NCBI GenBank assembly: GCA_031459915.1
Contig: JAVKHO010000021.1
Coordinates: 1 to 15,609, forward strand
Direction: 5' to 3'
DNA length: 15,609 nucleotides
From: Candidatus Tepidifontimicrobium thermophilum
Lineage (GTDB): Bacteria; Sysuimicrobiota; Sysuimicrobiia; Sysuimicrobiales; Sysuimicrobiaceae
In this document: in pieces, positions 8,275 to 14,666 of the stretch
How the letters are laid out: each line of letters opens with the position of its first letter
Numbering within the stretch: the stretch's first letter is position 1
Notes under the pieces: model-generated
What the model saw: the letters and a program-made list of their open reading frames with translations, nothing else
Database searches by the model: none
What the model was told of the DNA's origin: nothing
Position numbers and translations under genes: made by a program

Positions 8275-9329
8275 ACCGCCACCTCCCGAGCGGCCCGCAG
8301 GGCCGACAGGAACGCGTCGTTGTCCTCCCGGGACCCCACCGTCACCCTCAAACATCCCTCCAGCATGGGGTAGCGGGACACGTCGCGCACCAGGACCCCG
8401 CGCTCCAGCAGCCGCACGAAGGTGTCGTGAGCGTCCGGTACGCGGAAGAGGAGGAAGTTGGCGTGGCTGGGATAGACGCGCACGCCCATGGCCTCGAGCG
8501 CACCGCGGACGCGCTCCCGCTCCTGCACCACCTCCTGTACCCGACGGGCCACCAGCTCCCCGCGCCGGGCCATCACCTCCACCGCGATTTGCCCGAACAG
8601 GTTCACGTTGTACGGCGGGACCACCTTGGACACCTGGCCCACCACCTCCGGGTGTGCCACGAGCCAGCCCACTCGCGCTCCCGCGAGGCCGAAGGCCTTG
8701 GAGGCCGTACGCAGCACCACCAGGTGGGGATACCGGTCCTGCAGGGGCAGGACCGACCAGGGGCAGAACCCCCAGTACGCCTCGTCCACCACCACGGGCC
8801 CGCGGAAGGCGCGCAGGAGCGCCTCTACCTCCTCCGGCGTCACCGCCTGCCCGGTGGGGTTGTTGGGCGACGCCAGGAACACCAGCGCTGCCTCAGCCTC
8901 CCGCGCCGAGCGGGCCAACTGGTCCACGTCCACCGTAAAGTCCTCCCGCAGGCGGACCGGCCGCACCCGGGCTCCCCCCACCACCGCGAGGGGAGCCGCC
9001 ATGGAGTAACCGGGCTCCGGCAGCACCACGGTCCGTCCTGCGGCGAAGGTCTGTACCAGGGCCAGGATGGCCTCGTTGGACCCGTTGGTGAGCAACACCT
9101 GCTCTGGGGAGACCCCGCAGGCCGCCGCCACTGCCTCGCGGGCGCCGTCTGCCCGCATGGGCGGGTAGCGGTTCCAGCCGAGTGCCCTCAGTCGGGACAG
9201 GATCTCCTCCTTGAGCTCCGCGGGCACGTCCTGGGGGCACTCGTTCTGGTTGAGCTTGACCGGCACTTCTGCCCCTGCCAGGCGGTAGCCGGCCAGCGCA
9301 GCCACCTCCGGTCTGGGTTGGGGCGTCAC
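8271..9329 (-). CDS. hisC: Histidinol-phosphate aminotransferase
   Basis: KLNQNE, NRYP, NGSNE, SPNNPTG, VDEAY, PLP lysine in RTASKAFGLAGARVG, LRVTVG. GTG start overlaps the hisD TGA, with SD GGAGG. Confidence 0.96.
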   Translation of the reverse strand: MTPQPRPEVAALAGYRLAGAEVPVKLNQNECPQDVPAELKEEILSRLRALGWNRYPPMRADGAREAVAAACGVSPEQVLLTNGSNEAILALVQTFAAGRTVVLPEPGYSMAAPLAVVGGARVRPVRLREDFTVDVDQLARSAREAEAALVFLASPNNPTGQAVTPEEVEALLRAFRGPVVVDEAYWGFCPWSVLPLQDRYPHLVVLRTASKAFGLAGARVGWLVAHPEVVGQVSKVVPPYNVNLFGQIAVEVMARRGELVARRVQEVVQERERVRGALEAMGVRVYPSHANFLLFRVPDAHDTFVRLLERGVLVRDVSRYPMLEGCLRVTVGSREDNDAFLSALRAAREVAV

Positions 9330-10654
9330 CGCGCGCCTCCCGCCGGGCGATCCCGTACTGCCATCACGTGAGCCGGGAAACCCTCGTAGGTCCCCAGGTG
9401 CTCCACCACGGGCCGGAGCCTCTCCAGCCCGTGAGGGTCCAGCTCCGCCACGGACGTGACCTTCAGGTAGCTGAGCACCGTCACGCCCGATTCCCGGCGG
9501 GCCGCGCCACCCGTGGGCAGCGCCGCGGGGACGCCGATGGCGTAGTTGGCCGTGGAGAAGGGCGTGTGGGGGCCCAGTAGGATCTCCCCTGCGTTCCGGA
9601 TCCGGTGCGCCGTGCCCCAGGGATCCTTGGCGTGCACCATCACGTGCTCCGGAGCGTAGAGGTTCACGAAGGCCACCGCCTCCTCCCAGTCCTCCACCAC
9701 CAGGATCCCGCCCAGGTCGCTGAGCGCGTCCAGGGCGTACCCGCGCCGCGGCTCGGGTAACCGATCCAGCAGGGACCGTACCCGTCCCCGCACCGCGTGC
9801 GCCAGCTCCTCCGAGGGGGTGACCAGCCACGCCGCGGAGTCGCTGCCGTGCTCCGCCTCGTTCAGCAGGTCCAGCGCCACGCGGTCCGGGTCCGCGTCCG
9901 CATCCGCCAGAACCACGGACTCCGTGGGCCCGAAGGTGCCCAGCACCCGCACGCCGCGGGTCTGCGCCAGGAGCTGCATGGCCACCACGTAGGGGTTGCC
10001 AGGGCCCACCAGTGCCTCCACCCGGGGAAACGACTCCGTCCCCACCGCCAGGGCCGCGATCCCCGCGGGTCCGTTGCACCGGTACACGCGATCCACCCCC
10101 AGCAGTTCCGCGGCCACCAGCACCGCGGGATCTGCAGTCCCGTCCGGCTGAGGGGGCACCACCACCGCGATCTCGGGCACTCCCGCCACGACGGCCGGCG
10201 TCAGGAGGGTAACCACGGTCGACGGGAACTTCCCTTTCCCCGAAGGGACGTACGCGCCTACGGAGTTCAGGGGCGTGAACTGCACCCCCACCGTCACCCC
10301 GGGCTCCAGCTCCTCCACCATCCGGGCGGCAGGTCGCAGCCACTCCGAGAAGCGCCGGGCGCGACCCACCGCGGCCGCCAGCGCAGCGCGCACACCCTCG
10401 CCGACCTTTTCCCGGGCCGCGGAGAACTCTTCGGGTGCCACCCGTAACCGGTCTGGCTCCAGGCGCACGCCGTCGAACCGCGCGGTGGCGTCCACCACCG
10501 CGGCGTCCCCGCGTCGCTCGACGTCCTCCAGCAGCGTCCGCACCGCCTCCTGCGTGCTGGCCTCCAGGGCCTGTGCCTGGGATCGGGCGAGGATGCGCCG
10601 CAGCTCTGCTGCGGGTGTCTCCCGCAACCTCACAAGCCGCACCTCCGCGCTCAC
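9326..10654 (-). CDS. hisD: Histidinol dehydrogenase family protein (atypical ligand set), 442 aa
   Basis: RGDAAV, GAYVPSG, VGPGNPYV, GPTES, DLLNEAEH, APEH, NAGEILLG, LPTGGAAR, EGFPAH. It sits between hisG and hisC with 4-nt overlaps. Confidence 0.9.
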   Translation of the reverse strand: MSAEVRLVRLRETPAAELRRILARSQAQALEASTQEAVRTLLEDVERRGDAAVVDATARFDGVRLEPDRLRVAPEEFSAAREKVGEGVRAALAAAVGRARRFSEWLRPAARMVEELEPGVTVGVQFTPLNSVGAYVPSGKGKFPSTVVTLLTPAVVAGVPEIAVVVPPQPDGTADPAVLVAAELLGVDRVYRCNGPAGIAALAVGTESFPRVEALVGPGNPYVVAMQLLAQTRGVRVLGTFGPTESVVLADADADPDRVALDLLNEAEHGSDSAAWLVTPSEELAHAVRGRVRSLLDRLPEPRRGYALDALSDLGGILVVEDWEEAVAFVNLYAPEHVMVHAKDPWGTAHRIRNAGEILLGPHTPFSTANYAIGVPAALPTGGAARRESGVTVLSYLKVTSVAELDPHGLERLRPVVEHLGTYEGFPAHVMAVRDRPAGGAR

Positions 10655-11283
10655 GGCACGCCCTCCACCACGCGGGTCAGCCGGCTCACCAGCTCCCGTA
10701 CCGCCTCGCCTCGGGCCCGCAGGCTCACGGGGTTCACCACCAAGCGCGCGGTGGACTGGAACACCTCCGCCACCTCCACCAACCCGTTGGCCCGCAGGGT
10801 GGCGCCCGTCATGACCAGGTCCAGGATGCCGTCGCTGAGTCCGACCCGGGGAGCCAGCTCCACTGACCCGTACAGTTCCACGATCTCCACGGGACGCCCC
10901 CGCTCCCAGAAGAACCGCTCCGCGACCCGCGGGTACTTGGTGGCCACCCGCAGGTGCCGGCGCGGGTCCTCCCACAGGTGGCGACGCTCCGCGGGCAGCG
11001 CCACCACACCCCGGCACCGTCCGAAACCCAGGTCTACCAGCTCGTACACCTCATGGGCCTGCTCCAGCAGGACATCCTTGCCTACAACCCCGCAGTCCGC
11101 AGCACCCCGCTCCACGTAGGTCAGCAGGTCCACCGGCTTCGCCACGATCACCGTCAGCTCGCCCCACTGCCAGACCAGGCTCCGATCCCGTCCATCCGGG
11201 CCCCGGTAGCCCGCAGCCCGGAGAAGCCGCACCGCGTCCTCCAGCAGCCGTCCGGACGGCAGGGCTACCGTCAGGGACCTCAC
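10651..11283 (-). CDS. hisG: ATP phosphoribosyltransferase, short form (210 aa)
   Basis: ALPSGRL, YVERGAADCGVVGKDVLLE, DLGFGRC, VATKYP, LYGSVELAP, DLVMTGATLRANGL. It lacks the C-terminal regulatory domain, consistent with the adjacent hisZ. Confidence 0.96.
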   Translation of the reverse strand: MRSLTVALPSGRLLEDAVRLLRAAGYRGPDGRDRSLVWQWGELTVIVAKPVDLLTYVERGAADCGVVGKDVLLEQAHEVYELVDLGFGRCRGVVALPAERRHLWEDPRRHLRVATKYPRVAERFFWERGRPVEIVELYGSVELAPRVGLSDGILDLVMTGATLRANGLVEVAEVFQSTARLVVNPVSLRARGEAVRELVSRLTRVVEGVP

Positions 11284-12518
11284 GGCGTGCGGCCCTCCAA
11301 CAGGGCGTCCAGATCCTGCGGCGCCAGCGGTCTGCGCGAGCCGTCCCGCTCCACCCACCAGACGCCGTCGGCCCGGAAGCTCAACCCGGGCTGCAGGTAG
11401 CCCTCCTCGGCAGGTGTTGCGGCCACCCGAAGCCCGGCGGCCCGCGCCCGCAGGACCCACGCGAGAGCCTGTGCCCGGGCCGGCCGCTCGTACCCCACCT
11501 CCAGCACCGGGGCCAGGACCCCGCCCCGCTGGGAAGTGGCCAGGACGCGTTCCAGGTGTACGGCGAACCCCACCGCGGGCCGCCGCGCGCCGAACCGCTC
11601 CAACAGCTGGTCGTACCGTCCGCCGCCCAGCAGGGGAGCCCCACTACCGGGCGCGTACGCCTCGAGCACCATGCCGGTGTAGTAGTCGAAGTCTCGGATG
11701 ATCCCCAGGTCGACTTCCACGGCGTCGGCCACCGCGTACCCCTGCACAGCCTCCAGCACTGCCTCCAGCTCGTCCAGTGCCTCCTTCCCCACCCCGAGGC
11801 CGCGGGCCCGCTGCAGCGCACCGGGTCCCCGTAGGGACGGCAGGTCCAGCAGCGCCCCCCGCACCGGTGCGGGGGCACCGTCCAGCAGGGAGGAAAGCGT
11901 GACAAAGTCCCTGCGGTACAGGGCTTCCTGCGCCACCTGCCGGTCTTCTTCCAACCCGGAGGCGTCCAGCAAGGCCCGCAAAAAGCCCGCGTGGCCCAAG
12001 CCCACCCGCACCCCCGGAACCGCAGCCTGCCGCAGGGCGTCCACGGCCAGGGCCACCACCTCCGCGTCCGCGTCCGCCCCGCCGTCCCCGACCCGTTCCA
12101 CACCGGCCTGGGGGAACTCCCGACTGTTGCCGCGGCCCAACTCGCCCCGGAACACCGAGCCCACGTAGTACAGCCGCGCCACCGTGTCGGGCCACCGGGT
12201 GGCCACGAATCGCGCCACCGGGACCGTCATCTCGGGTCGCAGGGCCAGAAGCTCGCCCGTCCGATCCACCACCACGAACAACGCTGCCGCAGGACGGCTG
12301 CCCATCCCCCGGGTCCACGTCTCCAGGTACTCCAGGGCCGGGGTGGCCACCTCCCGGTAGCCCCACGCCTCAAAGGTCCGCCGCAGGCAGCCCTCCACAG
12401 CCCGCAGCGCCGCCAGTTCCTCTGGCGTCCAGTCCCGCAGCCCGGCCGGCAAGCGCTGCCAGGGGGGTGCCGCCTTCGACTTTATCTCTTTACCTCGATA
12501 AAGAAGTGAACGGCGCAC
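11280..12518 (-). CDS. hisZ: ATP phosphoribosyltransferase regulatory subunit (HisRS-like); start codon uncertain
   Basis: LPAGLRD, WGYREVATPALE, LALRPEMTVPVAR, REFPQAGVE, DYYTG, GGGRYDQL, AVGFA, directly upstream of short hisG. GTG 12518 is the only in-frame GTG/ATG between the yerC stop and the conserved core. Alternatives are ATA 12485 and TTG 12452. Confidence 0.92.
   Translation of the reverse strand: MRRSLLYRGKEIKSKAAPPWQRLPAGLRDWTPEELAALRAVEGCLRRTFEAWGYREVATPALEYLETWTRGMGSRPAAALFVVVDRTGELLALRPEMTVPVARFVATRWPDTVARLYYVGSVFRGELGRGNSREFPQAGVERVGDGGADADAEVVALAVDALRQAAVPGVRVGLGHAGFLRALLDASGLEEDRQVAQEALYRRDFVTLSSLLDGAPAPVRGALLDLPSLRGPGALQRARGLGVGKEALDELEAVLEAVQGYAVADAVEVDLGIIRDFDYYTGMVLEAYAPGSGAPLLGGGRYDQLLERFGARRPAVGFAVHLERVLATSQRGGVLAPVLEVGYERPARAQALAWVLRARAAGLRVAATPAEEGYLQPGLSFRADGVWWVERDGSRRPLAPQDLDALLEGRTP
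12480..12511. promoter_or_regulatory. Predicted HisR (YerC/YecD) operator: CTTTA-N6-TAAAG core with extra half-sites at 8-bp spacing
   Basis: Plus strand CTTTA tct CTTTA cctcga TAAAG aag TGAAC, a conspicuously AT-rich palindrome in GC-rich DNA. It lies just downstream of the his promoter and next to the TrpR-like gene, and matches the HisR motif core as I recall it. Confidence 0.8.
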
Positions 12519-12525
12519 GAGCCCT

Positions 12526-12554
12526 ACGTTACCACGACCCCAGCTCCGGGTCAA
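12526..12554 (-). promoter_or_regulatory. Putative sigma70 promoter of the his operon
   Basis: Minus strand TTGACC (12554-12549), 17-nt spacer ending in TGG (extended -10 TGn), TAACGT (12531-12526), then 7 nt to GTG 12518. Confidence 0.75.
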
Positions 12555-12868
12555 CCCCTGCTCCGGGCACCGCGGGTGCGCGCCAGGCGCCGCAGCACGA
12601 GCCGATATCCGTCCGCCCCATACTCCAGGAAACGCTTGACCCGGCTCACGGTGGCGGAGCTGGCTCCCGTACGGCGGACCACCTCCTCGTAGGTGGCGCC
12701 CTCGTGCAGCAGACGGGCCACGTGGAACCGCTGCGCCAATGCCCGCAACTCGTGGACCGTACACAGGTCCTCGAAGAAGCGGTAGCACTCCTCCACCGAA
12801 CGCAGCTGCAGGATGGCTTCGAACAGCCGGTCCACATGGGGGTCTCGCAGCTTGGGGTTCACCGGCAT
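12551..12868 (-). CDS. yerC: YerC/YecD family TrpR-like transcriptional regulator, probable histidine repressor HisR (105 aa)
   Basis: LFEAILQLRSVEECYRFFEDLCTVHEL..LAQRFHVARLL..G.TYEEV...TGASSATVSRVKRFLEYGADGY is the characteristic YerC sequence. ATG 12868 with SD GGAGG. It is hidden at the end of the 380-aa track ORF. Confidence 0.93.
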   Translation of the reverse strand: MPVNPKLRDPHVDRLFEAILQLRSVEECYRFFEDLCTVHELRALAQRFHVARLLHEGATYEEVVRRTGASSATVSRVKRFLEYGADGYRLVLRRLARTRGARSRG

Positions 12869-13524
12869 CTTCCTTCCTCCGCCCTCCGCCCCGACACCCA
12901 CACGGCAGCGAACAGCCCTACACCCACCAGCGCCGTCAGGGCCACCGTCCAGCGCGGCGAGGGGGCCACCACCCGAACCCCGGGGTCCAGCACCAGCTGG
13001 GCCGCCGCCGCCAGCCCAAGCCCTGCCAGCGTCCGGCCCGAGGTGGCTAGCCGGGTCGCGAGGCCGGTGCTGCCCGCGGCCCCCAGCAGCCGCGCCATGG
13101 AAGCGGCCAGAACGGCCCCCACGGACACGCCGCCCGGAAGCCCCAGCTGCGCCACCTGGAAGGCCGACCGCAGGATCACTGCCTCCGACCACGCTCCGAA
13201 ACCGGCGCCCACCGCCGCCCCTAAACCCCCGCCCTCCGGCCGCGGGCCCCGGTACAGCTGGTGCAGCGCCATCGCCGCGGTGAGCTTGAACACCTCCGCG
13301 AACACGACCCCCACGGCCACCACGAGCCACGAGGACAGGCCTTCTCCACCCGCCAGGTAGGCCAGCAGGACACCCAGCGGTCGGGCCACGAACTGCACTG
13401 CGAAGAACACGCCGCCCCCGACGGCGAACGCGCACCAGACCCGGAGGTCCTGCCAGTTCGCCCGATTCACTGCCACGGTGGCAAGGAGCCCCAGGGCGAA
13501 AGAGGTTCCCAGAGCCGTCCACAT
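12859..13524 (-). CDS. Multi-pass membrane protein resembling YhfC/PrsW intramembrane glutamic proteases, catalytic motifs degenerate (221 aa)
   Basis: Several hydrophobic segments. Motif-like stretches FAVGGGVFFAVQ..RP, FAEVFK, GAGFGAWSE, AAAQLVLD. ATG 13524 with SD GGAGGA. The CDS itself is confident, the family assignment less so. Confidence 0.65.
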   Translation of the reverse strand: MWTALGTSFALGLLATVAVNRANWQDLRVWCAFAVGGGVFFAVQFVARPLGVLLAYLAGGEGLSSWLVVAVGVVFAEVFKLTAAMALHQLYRGPRPEGGGLGAAVGAGFGAWSEAVILRSAFQVAQLGLPGGVSVGAVLAASMARLLGAAGSTGLATRLATSGRTLAGLGLAAAAQLVLDPGVRVVAPSPRWTVALTALVGVGLFAAVWVSGRRAEEGRCR

Positions 13525-13544
13525 GCGCTGTCCTCCGTACACCC

Positions 13545-14570
13545 CTAAGGGGCCTGCGCGGCTTGCGGGTCGTCCGCCTCGGGCTCCACCTCCTCCGCTG
13601 GCTCATCGCCCGCCCCGGGGGGCACGGGCTCCAGGACCGGTGGCGCCCCCAGCGCCGTGAACAGCGCCTCCCGGGCCCGCTCGCCGTCCACATCCCGCAC
13701 CCACCGCACGTTGGGCGGCCGGCGGGAGATCCCGAGGGGGTCCAGTACCAGCTGCCCCCGGGTTAACTCACCGCGCGTCTCCACGTCCGCCCGCAGCCGT
13801 GCGACGTCCCGGATCACCGCGGGGTCCAGGGCCGCGGCCATAGCCAGCACCGCACCCAGGTCGGAACCCCGCTGCCGCAGGACCCTGCGGGCGTAGTCGG
13901 CCAGGGTGCGGGTGCCCTCCAGGAAGAAGCGGCACTCCCGGGTCCCCCCCTGGCGGATCCGGTGGATGTCTACGTCCCGCATCCACAGGTGCTGCCGGGC
14001 CAGATCCCACCCGAACAGCGTGATGGGCAGTCCGCTGTCCAGCACCAGGGCCGCGGCCTCCGGGTCGGCGTAGAAGTTGTACTCCGCGCACGCGGTGATG
14101 TTGCCGCCCTGACCGGACCCGCCGTACACGTACACCTGCCCGGGCATCTCTGCCAGCCGCGGAGCCTGAATGAGGGCCGCAGCCAAGTTCGTGAGGGGGC
14201 CCAGGCACACCAGCTCGAGGTCCTTCCGGTAATGCCGGCACAGGGACAGGATGGCGTCCACCGCGTGGGCGGGTTCCGCCCGGCCCTTCGGCTTCGCCGC
14301 GGTGTGGGTGCCAAGGCCGCTGCGCCCGAAGAACGCGTCGAAGGGAGTATGGGAACGGACGAGGGGCCGCTCGCAGCCCGCGTACACCGGCACGCGGGTG
14401 AGGCCGGCCAGTTCCAGACCGTACAGGATGTTCTCCGTGGCCTGCTGCACCCGCACGCAGCCGGCCACGGTGGTCACCCCTACCACCTCCACGTCCGGCT
14501 GCTTGACGGCCATCCAAACCGCCACCACGTCCTCCGTGGTGCCGTCACCGTCCACCAGGAACCTGCGCAT
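13545..14570 (-). CDS. Inosine/uridine nucleoside hydrolase family protein with degenerate active site (341 aa)
   Basis: VDGDGTTED, VTTVAG, VPVYAG..RPL, LGPLTNLA, GNIT..AEYNFYADPEAA, VET.GELTRG. ATG 14570 with SD GGAGG. Confidence 0.88.
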   Translation of the reverse strand: MRRFLVDGDGTTEDVVAVWMAVKQPDVEVVGVTTVAGCVRVQQATENILYGLELAGLTRVPVYAGCERPLVRSHTPFDAFFGRSGLGTHTAAKPKGRAEPAHAVDAILSLCRHYRKDLELVCLGPLTNLAAALIQAPRLAEMPGQVYVYGGSGQGGNITACAEYNFYADPEAAALVLDSGLPITLFGWDLARQHLWMRDVDIHRIRQGGTRECRFFLEGTRTLADYARRVLRQRGSDLGAVLAMAAALDPAVIRDVARLRADVETRGELTRGQLVLDPLGISRRPPNVRWVRDVDGERAREALFTALGAPPVLEPVPPGAGDEPAEEVEPEADDPQAAQAP

Positions 14571-14594
14571 GCGCACCTCCGCTGCTTCCCCGCT

Positions 14595-14600
14595 ATTCTA
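14595..14600 (-). promoter_or_regulatory. Putative -10 element (TAGAAT) for the hydrolase-like/membrane/yerC unit
   Basis: 5/6 match to TATAAT, 24 nt upstream of ATG 14570, leaving room for the SD. No recognisable -35. Confidence 0.55.
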
Positions 14601-14628
14601 CGGCAGCGCCGCGCACGCGGGACCGACT

Positions 14629-14660
14629 TTGACAGAGTGCCCCGCGGGACTGTACATACT
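14629..14660 (+). promoter_or_regulatory. Putative promoter for the divergent MFS gene
   Basis: TTGACA at 14629-14634. Best -10 is CATACT at 14655-14660 (20-nt spacer); TACATA at 14653-14658 (18 nt) is an alternative. GTG follows 6 nt after CATACT. Confidence 0.45.
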
Positions 14661-14666
14661 GAAGCC

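Noticed and set aside
9326..10654. Sulfopropanediol dehydrogenase HpsN call for the atypical HisD
   Set aside because: As I recall, HpsN keeps QAEH and the GD…NHxLPT motif, which this protein lacks. There are no sulfonate genes nearby.
8271..11017. Very long track ORFs (690 aa, 563 aa) suggesting HisD/HisC fusions or N-terminal extra domains
   Set aside because: The extensions are Gly/Arg/Pro-rich off-frame read-through of the upstream gene. The real starts are the GTGA overlaps.
11280..12518. Histidyl-tRNA synthetase (hisS) call
   Set aside because: It lacks the HisRS R.ERPQ.GR motif, has the HisZ-type REFxQAGVE, and is coupled to a short-form hisG.
12519..12550. Histidine attenuator leader peptide or T-box upstream of hisZ
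   Set aside because: Only 32 nt are available and the promoter fills them. No His-codon run, T-box sequence or terminator hairpin.
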